This document shows positions 39,370-47,680 of a stretch of DNA of 49,960 nt, one piece after another. This stretch comes from Nitrososphaerota archaeon (GTDB taxonomy: Archaea; Thermoproteota; Nitrososphaeria; Nitrososphaerales; UBA213). The notes beneath the pieces are model-generated. The model searched no databases. It saw nothing but the letters and a program-made list of their open reading frames with translations, and was not told the DNA's origin. Each line of letters opens with the position of its first letter. The stretch's first letter is position 1. The stretch lies in contig PAWD01000008.1 of NCBI GenBank assembly GCA_002713325.1, positions 138,428-188,387 on the forward strand, read 5' to 3'. The position numbers were made by a program, and so were the translations under genes.

Positions 39370-39900
39370 GTGGATTATAGAATAAAAATAATGAAGTTAA
39401 CTCGAGGTAAGATAGTTATAATACCAATTTTTGTTATCATCTTTGTCGGCCTTGTAAGTCTTGTCGCATTCACAGAGTGGGAAGAGGCAGAAATTAATCC
39501 CAATGTTGGTGTTATTCTTGAAAATGTAAAGATGAAGAAAATAGACGATGATAATCCTGATCGTATGATTGTACGAGTTGATCTTGCGGTATTCAATAAT
39601 ACTGAACGAACACTTGCAATATCTAGGATAGGCTATTATCTATATGCAAATGAAATTCTAGTGGGTAGAGGTAGTTTGTCATTCGCGGATATACCTCTTA
39701 GTGGTAGAGCACCGATATTCTCTGGTTCAAGTACAGCATTATCCTCTGAAATGCAACTCCCTAAATCCCCAGAAGTTATGGAAATATGGTCCAAGTTACT
39801 CAATAATGATACTGAAGGCGTAACATGGCGAGCCGATGGTGTGGTACAGATAGAAACAGCATTCAGCATAATCGAGAAGGATTTCAACTCTAGCCTCTAG
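39370..39900 (+). CDS. Membrane-anchored WHy/LEA_2-like protein, paralog 2
   Basis: TM helix followed by IVRVDLAVFNNTERTLAISRIGYYLYANEILVGRG ... MEIWSKLLNN, alignable by eye with 9370..9891. Opens at GTG; ATG at 39391. Confidence 0.5.
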   Translation: MDYRIKIMKLTRGKIVIIPIFVIIFVGLVSLVAFTEWEEAEINPNVGVILENVKMKKIDDDNPDRMIVRVDLAVFNNTERTLAISRIGYYLYANEILVGRGSLSFADIPLSGRAPIFSGSSTALSSEMQLPKSPEVMEIWSKLLNNDTEGVTWRADGVVQIETAFSIIEKDFNSSL

Positions 39901-40229
39901 TAACCATTCATCTGTCTTTCTCTGTTTACCAAATTTTTCTCTTGGTATTGATTAAGGATGTCTTTAGGTTCCATTCCTAGTTCAATTGAAGTATGAACTA
40001 CAAAATGCCATATGTCTATAAGTTCTTCCATTGCTTTTCCCTTATCAAACTCTCCAGGAGTTTTCCACCACTTCCAGTTAGTTAATCTTTGCAGCTCAAC
40101 CACTTCGTGAATTATTGCTGTGCATAGATTAGAGATTCTTTCTTCCTTTATTTCAGGTAACCTGTTTTGTTTCACCATTGAAACAAATTCCTTCTGTATT
40201 TTGAATATAGTATCTAGTGTGTCTTCCAC
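39897..40229 (-). CDS. All-alpha NTP pyrophosphohydrolase (MazG / dimeric dUTPase-like)
   Basis: 110 aa. EVVELQRLTNWKWWK ... EELIDIWHFVVH acidic-helix pattern typical of the MazG/dUTPase_2 superfamily. Confidence 0.55.
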   Translation of the reverse strand: MEDTLDTIFKIQKEFVSMVKQNRLPEIKEERISNLCTAIIHEVVELQRLTNWKWWKTPGEFDKGKAMEELIDIWHFVVHTSIELGMEPKDILNQYQEKNLVNRERQMNGY

Positions 40230-40542
40230 AATAAATGTTATTTTTTAAGGTTATTAAGAATTTCTGGAACATATTTACAGAAGTTAAATAATGGTATGCA
40301 GGGGAACTGTACCAAACATTATTGCTCATATAAACATTCAAATTTCAGCAGTGTTAAGTTCTTTCCATTCACCAGATTTTCTACTATATTTACCACTTCA
40401 AAAATTACTATCGTTACGACTTCAATTTAATCTGTAGAACATTAATAATTAATCCGTGTAAAACTTACAGATATATCAGTTAGCGGTCTCAGCTACAGTG
40501 AATGAATGTGATAGAGCTGTTTGCGATGATGGTTGAAAAAAC

Positions 40543-42141
40543 TCAAGACACTACGAATGTTGTATTCACAAAATCGCTTGACATGACACTTGGATATGTT
40601 AAACTTTCCCAAAGAAAGGCTTGTATTGTATACTTTCCTTCTTTTTCTGGTGTCCATGACAATACAGTGTTGATTGATTTGTTTGCTGACATATTACCAT
40701 CGATCCAAGAGAGCATAACCGTAACACCTGTAGAATCGTTTATCTTCATTATATATACGAACTTTTGTTTGTTATCTATATTATTAGCAATGATTGACTG
40801 CAGTTGTATTGGTTCAGCAACCTTGACTAAAACCGGTTTGTTATTTTCAATAGATTGCACTGTGAACACTAAGCGATCTGAATGTTGTTCAGTCATCTGT
40901 TCAGATAATATTTGCAAATCATCTCTTGATATTATATAATGAATTGCAGTATTTCCCTTATATGAATAAGGATCTATGAAGAATAATCTATCAGGTAACA
41001 ACACTCCGTTGATTGTAGCTTCAAATGATTCTGTAGATAAGAATTCATTAAAGGTGTTGGGAATTATTATTTCTACATGAATTATTTGTAAGGCTGGATT
41101 TGTACTTTTTATATCTCCACTACTTGTCAATATTGTTATAGTTTTAATATTTTGTTCATAGTGAAAATCAATCAATTGATTTTCATATGTTCTTATTTGT
41201 AATTGATATTCATTTACACCATCATTAATGACAGTGGTTGATTCAGTTGATATTGATTCAAAGTGATGTAAAACTGATTTGTTCTTTATAGGAATTTTGT
41301 CTATGATATTGTTTCTAGTGTCTTTTACTACAAGATCAGTCATGCTCATAGTATCAACTCCAGGCAATAGTTCATTGTCACTATTAGCTTCATGAAGACG
41401 GAGCATGTGTTCGCCATTTTCTGTGTACATAGAGACGTAATCTTCGCTTTCGGCCATCAATGTATAGTAACCCATTGTTGGATGTGTCATCACCATAAAT
41501 CTGCTACTCTCCAGTGGTACTAACTGTCTAACTGTAGTTTGTATATTATAGTTGTAGTATTGGCCTCTCTCATCATACCATATAACAATGATATTCACTG
41601 TCTTCGTAGCAAGATTACCTATATTTTTTATCAAAGCGGATATTTCTGAATGTGCATGTGAATTATGCTCTATACCGGTATTCAATTCATGTGGATTTCT
41701 TAGCTGTTTTGTATTAGGATCTATATGAGTCCACACAAAGGCGTTGAAATCTAAAAATGTAAACTTATCTAATTTTGTTTGTACAACCTTCCATTCTAGC
41801 GAAAGAGTATAGGAAGAGATGTCGCTCCCGACCCTTTTATCACTTATAGGTATATCAAAAGGAGCTGTGTAACCTGCCGGAATAGTTCTCAAAAGAGTGT
41901 ACGTATCATAAGTAGGAAGATTATTTCCATTTTCATCAAAAAGGAGTGCGATTACGCGCACTAAACCTATAGAATTGTTACTAGTATTTTCAACTATGCC
42001 TGTTATGTGCACCACACCTGCAGTATCAACTAACATCCTATGCCCTGATACTCTTACTTGGTCGTCAGCAAAAACATCTATATGCGTAAAAATGTTTAGC
42101 GATAATATTGTTATAAGTATTAGACTGAAAGTTCTCCCCAT
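40543..42141 (-). CDS. Secreted multi-domain protein (two N-terminal beta-sandwich repeats + shared C-terminal domain)
   Basis: Signal peptide MGRTFSLILITILSLNIFTHIDVFA. Internal repeat (ITGIVENTSNNSIGLVRVIALLFDENG versus ALIKNIGNLATKTVNIIVIWYDERG). C-terminal ~100 aa is homologous to the C-terminus of 45749..46768. Confidence 0.6.
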   Translation of the reverse strand: MGRTFSLILITILSLNIFTHIDVFADDQVRVSGHRMLVDTAGVVHITGIVENTSNNSIGLVRVIALLFDENGNNLPTYDTYTLLRTIPAGYTAPFDIPISDKRVGSDISSYTLSLEWKVVQTKLDKFTFLDFNAFVWTHIDPNTKQLRNPHELNTGIEHNSHAHSEISALIKNIGNLATKTVNIIVIWYDERGQYYNYNIQTTVRQLVPLESSRFMVMTHPTMGYYTLMAESEDYVSMYTENGEHMLRLHEANSDNELLPGVDTMSMTDLVVKDTRNNIIDKIPIKNKSVLHHFESISTESTTVINDGVNEYQLQIRTYENQLIDFHYEQNIKTITILTSSGDIKSTNPALQIIHVEIIIPNTFNEFLSTESFEATINGVLLPDRLFFIDPYSYKGNTAIHYIISRDDLQILSEQMTEQHSDRLVFTVQSIENNKPVLVKVAEPIQLQSIIANNIDNKQKFVYIMKINDSTGVTVMLSWIDGNMSANKSINTVLSWTPEKEGKYTIQAFLWESLTYPSVMSSDFVNTTFVVS

Positions 42142-42436
42142 GATACTTCCTGCTATTGATATTGTCTTATAAAGTTAATAGCATTAAAATGATTAGATAT
42201 GTCAGTAACTAGATTTGGAGGAGTTATGTACATTATTCTAAAAACTTAGCATGTTAGGAAATAAGTTCATCGTAACAGGTAAGATATCCAACATACTTTC
42301 TTATCTTACAGTAACGGTTTCACTAATGAACAAAAACACTTTACATATATTGTTCAAAACTAGTTTTCACATTATTATATAGATAAACCTATTTTGAAAT
42401 TATCGTTAACGAATTGATTTATAATTACATGTTATT

Positions 42437-42688
42437 CTACACTGACTCGTGGAAAGACATGATTTTCATCTCTGCAATTTTTTGCCCATCTATTTTGGCT
42501 CTCAGTTTCGTTTTAAATTTTAGATTTCTTGGCTTTGTTCTCAATCTATAACCACAACAAGGACACCATAAACCATCCCATTTGAGAAATATTTCACATA
42601 TTTGACAGCGTTTCTGCCCTAATGCGTATCTACCAGCACCAATCGGCTTCTGAGCCTTATAAGAAGTACATCTTCCTTTGCATACCAT
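42437..42688 (-). CDS. Small zinc-ribbon protein
   Basis: 83 aa. C-x..-CxxC ... CPCCG cysteines, then a basic tail RLRTKPRNLKFKTKLRAK. Confidence 0.5.
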   Translation of the reverse strand: MVCKGRCTSYKAQKPIGAGRYALGQKRCQICEIFLKWDGLWCPCCGYRLRTKPRNLKFKTKLRAKIDGQKIAEMKIMSFHESV

Positions 42689-42897
42689 GAATTACCTAGT
42701 CGTTACTTCCGAAATTATTTAAATGATCTGCTGATCTGTTAGTGAAAATTACAAAAAATACAATATTTTTGTATATACGATTATACCGAGTAAAAAGGTC
42801 ACCATCTATTAGATTCTATAGAATTGTGGACGTGCTTTATTGTTTTATAACAACGAAAAGATACTAAAGAAATGAAATTGTTTTCACTTATCATATA

Positions 42898-43929
42898 TTA
42901 TTTGATAGGAGTCATTAAAATAACACTATACCATTTTTTCTTATCAGTCCAGATCTTTACTATCTGAAAACTCTCTTTAATCATATTTTCAATTTGTTCG
43001 GAAGTAAATTTATACGAATTTTCTGTGTGAATGCTTTCATCTTTTTTAAATTTAATAATCTCTTTAATTCCTCTGATATTTACTTCTTGTTCTACTTTTG
43101 ACACAAGATGCATCTCGACTCTTCTTTTTGATTCATTGTAGAATGCATGATGCTCAAATTTTTCAGAGTTAAAATTACCGTTCAGTTCAAGGTTAATCCT
43201 TTCGAGAATATTCAGATTAAACTGTGCTGTAATACCTCTAGAATCATTATATGCGGCATTCAAAATATTACTATCCTTATGCATATCGAGTCCAATTAGA
43301 AACATATCCCCATCCTGAATGTTGTCGCTGATCATCTTTACAAACTTCTTTGCTTCCGCAGGGTTAAAATTTCCAAGACTAGAACCAAGGAGGACCACTA
43401 GTTTTCTGGAAGGAGTGTCTTTTTTGATAAGAGTGATCCCTTTATTGTACTCTGCCACTACACCAGTAATAGATAGATTTTGATACTCCTTCAAGAGTGC
43501 TTCAGAACTTTCTTCTAGAATTTTATGTGAAATATCTATAGGAAAATAACGCAATGAATCACGCCTAGTAAATAACGCATTCAATATAACTTTGGTTTTT
43601 CTTGAGTTACCACTACCTAGCTCAACAAGTATTCCTTCGTTATACATATCGGCAATTTCATTTACAGATGATTCTAGGATTGAAATCTCAACATTTGTTA
43701 CGTAGTATTCAGGTTGCTCAGTTATCAATTCGAATAATTTAGAGCCTTTTTCATCATACAGATATTGTGGGAGTAAGAATTTGGGTTTGCTGGTGAGGCC
43801 GATTTCCACTATGTTAGAAAATGCTTCATAGTTGTGATCGCTGGGCGTAAGATAATATTTCAATCTTTCATGTGTTAGTTTTTTTATAAAACTCTGATCT
43901 GATGCCATATTTATGTCAGATAAATCCAT
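42898..43929 (-). CDS. egtD: EgtD-like histidine N-alpha-methyltransferase (Methyltransf_33 family)
   Basis: Collinear by eye with mycobacterial EgtD. YLYDEKGSKLFELITEQPEYYVTNVE, VELGSGNSRKT, LLGSSLGNF, and the TENSYKF C-terminal block. Confidence 0.8.
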   Translation of the reverse strand: MDLSDINMASDQSFIKKLTHERLKYYLTPSDHNYEAFSNIVEIGLTSKPKFLLPQYLYDEKGSKLFELITEQPEYYVTNVEISILESSVNEIADMYNEGILVELGSGNSRKTKVILNALFTRRDSLRYFPIDISHKILEESSEALLKEYQNLSITGVVAEYNKGITLIKKDTPSRKLVVLLGSSLGNFNPAEAKKFVKMISDNIQDGDMFLIGLDMHKDSNILNAAYNDSRGITAQFNLNILERINLELNGNFNSEKFEHHAFYNESKRRVEMHLVSKVEQEVNIRGIKEIIKFKKDESIHTENSYKFTSEQIENMIKESFQIVKIWTDKKKWYSVILMTPIK

Positions 43930-44635
43930 AGGAAATCTCCGATATCAGATATTAGTAATTTATATCATTTATACATTTTTCTATATTTCTTATTATTTTA
44001 TTATCAAATCTATACTTTTACAACTATGCTACTGTTTACTTGTGCAATTTACCGAATATGTCTAGTTTTTACGATTATCTTTCCTAAATCCCAAATTAGT
44101 CCAATCCTTTTGACTCCCTAGTACCATGAATACGGTAGCTGAACAAAGACTCACCGTATTCTTATGCCTTGCTCAATCTCTTCAAATTTGTTACCCGTGT
44201 ACCAGCTTTACCTCTAATTATCACAATAAGCACTTTCCTTTCAGATTCAATCATATTTGGTGGAATGTGTGTTGACGTCGGGTTTAGATATTTCTGTCAA
44301 TCAACAGAAGGCTATATGCTGTATACTTGAGGTAACAGTTGATGTGTTACAATGACTGATTTCTTCTCATTATTTTCATTGGTATAGTTGGATTGCTGCG
44401 GTATCATACTCTATGTACTTTCATTATTACCTATTGTGGTTGGTGGTAGATCGACTGGTGGTTTGATAGAGTACAACTAGCCAGTGACATATCTAGCGTA
44501 TCGTAGTTGTCTATAGATTCAACTGTATGATAATCTGCAGGTTACGAAAGGAATAGTCCATGTATTCATCCAACGTTAAACTCTACAATTCATATTAATT
44601 CTAACAATAGTTGTAATATAATAGATTATTTTATG

Positions 44636-45211
44636 TTAGGCTCTTTGATGTATTACAACTTTTTGTATTGTCTGCTGGAAAGGCATAACATAGTCATCTA
44701 GTTGTATGGATTTTGCAACTTCATTTACTATTACAAATGTTCTACCATCATACGTACATTTTACAGTTGGAATTATTTTCTTAATTAACAATCTATTAGC
44801 AACCTTATAGTACTCATGTATCTGTCTATACTGATAACCAGAATTACCCTTACTCCTAACCCGTCTCTTACTCATAAATTTGAACGCAAGTATAACATAT
44901 TTTTTTTCATAGAGACCAAATACATCAAGTATCTTAGCACATCTTTCTATTTGGTCGGGAGGAACGTATAGATTATCAGATGTACCTGTTTTCGCTTCCA
45001 CAGTTAACAGTGTTCTTTCATTGTTATTTACTGCAACTATGTCTGGAAAGCCTGTACTGGAACCACCAAATCTCCTGGCATACCAAGTATGTGAGGAATT
45101 CATACGTTTCACTAGAGTGTATTCAAAACTGTATCCACGCCATCTACTTGTATTACCCATTATATTCACTCCGATAGTTGTATTGACATTGAATGAAATT
45201 AACAGATTCAT
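44636..45211 (-). CDS. hjc: Hjc-type Holliday-junction resolvase-like PD-(D/E)xK nuclease
   Basis: Layout RGYSFEYTLVKRMN ... RRFGGSSTGFPDIVAV ... LLTVEAKTG ... LYV ... VILAFKF follows the E...D...E-x-K pattern of archaeal Hjc. It is longer than usual (174-191 aa). An alternative start is Met18 at 45160. Confidence 0.55.
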   Translation of the reverse strand: MNLLISFNVNTTIGVNIMGNTSRWRGYSFEYTLVKRMNSSHTWYARRFGGSSTGFPDIVAVNNNERTLLTVEAKTGTSDNLYVPPDQIERCAKILDVFGLYEKKYVILAFKFMSKRRVRSKGNSGYQYRQIHEYYKVANRLLIKKIIPTVKCTYDGRTFVIVNEVAKSIQLDDYVMPFQQTIQKVVIHQRA

Positions 45212-45343
45212 TCTGATACATTTTTACTACTAATATGGTAGTAACCTGATCAAATACTTTTTGGTTGTTAAAGTACACTAAAGAATAGATTTCTTATCGT
45301 ATAGAATATTGTTCATTAGAGGGATATCGTAATACCATCTCTC

Positions 45344-45487
45344 TTACTCCTCAAAATACTTCTTAATTATATGCTCCATACGCATCTGTCTGATTTTATC
45401 ATAAATACCATGTTTATCTTTCAAATGTTTCAACACAAAACGAACCTCATCTCCACATAATCTGCATTTGGACTTGCTAAACATCAT
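45344..45487 (-). CDS. 47-aa C2H2-like mini zinc-finger protein (unannotated micro-ORF)
   Basis: Hand translation gives MMFSKSKCRLCGDEVRFVLKHLKDKHGIYDKIRQMRMEHIIKKYFEE*, with C-x2-C-x9-H-x4-H spacing. Confidence 0.3.
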   Translation of the reverse strand: MMFSKSKCRLCGDEVRFVLKHLKDKHGIYDKIRQMRMEHIIKKYFEE

Positions 45488-45523
45488 AATTCAATAACAA
45501 GCTTATAATATTAAGATTAACTA

Positions 45524-45724
45524 TCACATCTTCTTCTTTGTCAGACTATGTAAACCAGTCTTCTTCTTCTTCTGTATCATGATTATTATAATTGCTACTG
45601 CCCATAGCGGAATCGCTATCGAATATTCACGGCTAAGTGCGAACCAGCCACCCACTATTGCACATCCTATTCCTATGCCGCCCAGAATCTGTATGGAACG
45701 TCTTTTCAACCATATAACGTCCAC
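45524..45724 (-). CDS. Small 2-TM membrane protein
   Basis: 66 aa. Two hydrophobic helices (ILGGIGIGCAIVGGWFAL, IAIPLWAVAIIIIMI) and a Lys-rich tail. Lies 24 nt downstream of the CARDB protein gene. Confidence 0.4.
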   Translation of the reverse strand: MDVIWLKRRSIQILGGIGIGCAIVGGWFALSREYSIAIPLWAVAIIIIMIQKKKKTGLHSLTKKKM

Positions 45725-45748
45725 ATAATAGCATTTTAGGTTTACTAG

Positions 45749-46768
45749 TTAATCTACAACGATACTTATTTTCATCAAATCTGTTAATGGTACAGCAGTT
45801 TCTATCGTGTTCCAGAGAAAGACCTCTACTGTGTATTCACCCCGTGTTTCTGGAATCCATGATTGCGACATCGGAAGTGTTTTCTCACCGGGTATAACAT
45901 TCTCTTTCCATGAGAGATATTCTGTAAATCCACTAGAATTCTTTACTAACATTATAAGTGTGGCTGGTATTTTGAAGGGTTGTTGGTTTGTAACATCAGA
46001 TTCAATTACAACACTCTGGCCCACCTTAGTCTTTACTTCCTGTGATTGTCCTGGTGTTACTGTTATTATAACACTCTCACTATTGTCGATGAAGTATTTC
46101 ATAATAGAGGAAATCATTGATCCTGACGAATCATAATAAGCAATTGCGTGAACTATATACTGCCCGTTTTTATATTTGGTTGTGTCAAAAGTAAAATCGA
46201 AAGGTGCTTTGTATTTTGTATCCATAAGTTGGCCCTGTATATACAATTCAATCTTCTGCGCATTTTTTCCTAGTGAAATTACTTTTATGGTTGCATCATC
46301 CTGTAATATTGTTTCTTCTTTCGGTGAAATTATAACTACATCTATAGTAGATTTATCGATAACAACAAAATCAAATGTTTGACACTGATCTCCATCATCT
46401 CCAAGAGATTCTCTATTCGGACATGCTTTGAGTTGATGTTGCCCAGGATTCACTGGTAATGTAGCTTTAAATGATACTTGTACACTCTTTCGAGCAGGTA
46501 CATCGACAGACATATCATCAATTATCCATACACCATCGAGGTTAAACGAGATTGTTACGTTCGACATATTGGTATTACCTTTATTTGTTAACACAGTCGT
46601 TATTGTTACTAGTTGATCTTCAATAGGATTCTTAGGATTCATTTCTAATACTGGAATTATAATATATGTATGACTTGCATGAACTTGTTCACTATCTGCA
46701 TATGCTGAAAAAACAAATAATAATGATAGAAGAACTCCGCCTACTTTATACATGTGATTTTTGTTCAT
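45749..46768 (-). CDS. Secreted CARDB/Ig-like multi-domain protein
   Basis: Signal peptide (VGGVLLSLLFVFSAYA). CARDB-like segment VTITTVLTNKGNTNMSNVTISFNLDG. Ig-like segment VVIISPKEETILQDDATIKV...FDFTFDTTKYKNGQYIV. C-terminal domain shared with 40543..42141. Confidence 0.6.
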   Translation of the reverse strand: MNKNHMYKVGGVLLSLLFVFSAYADSEQVHASHTYIIIPVLEMNPKNPIEDQLVTITTVLTNKGNTNMSNVTISFNLDGVWIIDDMSVDVPARKSVQVSFKATLPVNPGQHQLKACPNRESLGDDGDQCQTFDFVVIDKSTIDVVIISPKEETILQDDATIKVISLGKNAQKIELYIQGQLMDTKYKAPFDFTFDTTKYKNGQYIVHAIAYYDSSGSMISSIMKYFIDNSESVIITVTPGQSQEVKTKVGQSVVIESDVTNQQPFKIPATLIMLVKNSSGFTEYLSWKENVIPGEKTLPMSQSWIPETRGEYTVEVFLWNTIETAVPLTDLMKISIVVD

Positions 46769-46786
46769 GGTGAATTGTTTATAATT

Positions 46787-47170
46787 TTATCTGAGATTGT
46801 CATTTAACGACATGAATACTGTATCACTAACAATTTCTTTATGCTCCTGTATAATCGCGGCCCTGAATCTTATTCTAGCTTCTTTATACAAGATCTTTTC
46901 AACCCTTGCTGTAAATCTGAATGATTTTTTATCACCTATTGAGTCTTTACTCATATATAGTCTTGTTAAGAGAGAGGTCGTCTTTCCATCTACGTTTGTA
47001 AAAAATACTTGATCGCTTGTACCTGTAACGTATGTGTTTACTTGTATACCATCAAACCTTCCATTATAATTTACAGTTACGGCTCCAGTTATGTCAGAGC
47101 CTATAATAACACTGTTCTGATCCATAATAATCTGAATCTCCTTCATATGCAATGCCATACCTCCTTCCAA
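46787..47170 (-). CDS. Hypothetical beta-rich protein (weak Spo0M/arrestin-N-like resemblance)
   Basis: 127-aa ORF. IIMDQNSVIIGSDITGAVTVNYNGRFDGIQVNTYVTG resembles the first strands of Spo0M/arrestin-like domains. Impression only. Confidence 0.45.
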   Translation of the reverse strand: MEGGMALHMKEIQIIMDQNSVIIGSDITGAVTVNYNGRFDGIQVNTYVTGTSDQVFFTNVDGKTTSLLTRLYMSKDSIGDKKSFRFTARVEKILYKEARIRFRAAIIQEHKEIVSDTVFMSLNDNLR

Positions 47171-47180
47171 AAATTCACCA

Positions 47181-47489
47181 TCATAATTCGTTCATAATGT
47201 AATATTTGTAACGTTTTTCCACTTCCTTGTTATCTCCTTTAAGAACATTATCGATCATCTTTTTCAATGTGTCATTAACAAAACTTTGCAACACATCATA
47301 ATTTGGTGTATCAGAAAATACTTTTAGTGTGTGTTCATAATGTTTCATAAACTCAACCACTTTCTTCCTATACTCCTGTTGGCCTGGCATCATTTTGTTT
47401 ATACGAAAATAATAGTTTCCATTAGGCACTCCATAGTTATGTGCGAGATTTTCAAGTAAAATGGTCAGCTCGAAATACAGGTCTGACAC
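47181..47489 (-). CDS. Hypothetical helical protein
   Basis: 102-aa ORF, 10 nt upstream of the next gene in the array. No motif recognised. Confidence 0.45.
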   Translation of the reverse strand: MSDLYFELTILLENLAHNYGVPNGNYYFRINKMMPGQQEYRKKVVEFMKHYEHTLKVFSDTPNYDVLQSFVNDTLKKMIDNVLKGDNKEVEKRYKYYIMNEL

Positions 47490-47680
47490 ATAGACTCTTC
47501 AGTTACAACACTAAAATATCTTCCTACATTTTCGGCTATTAGTATAGTACAATGTTAAAGATAGATGCGTGAATATACAAATCTATCAGTGTGTATATTA
47601 TTCAAATTATATTGATAGAACCTATAATGAATGTAGTAAAAATGAAACTAGAAGTTTTTGTTTAGGATTTTGTTGTCTAA

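Noticed and set aside
40502-40939. 145-aa plus-strand ORF.
   Set aside because: It lies entirely antisense to the 3' part of the 532-aa secreted protein gene. That part encodes the domain shared with a second protein, so the minus frame is the real one.
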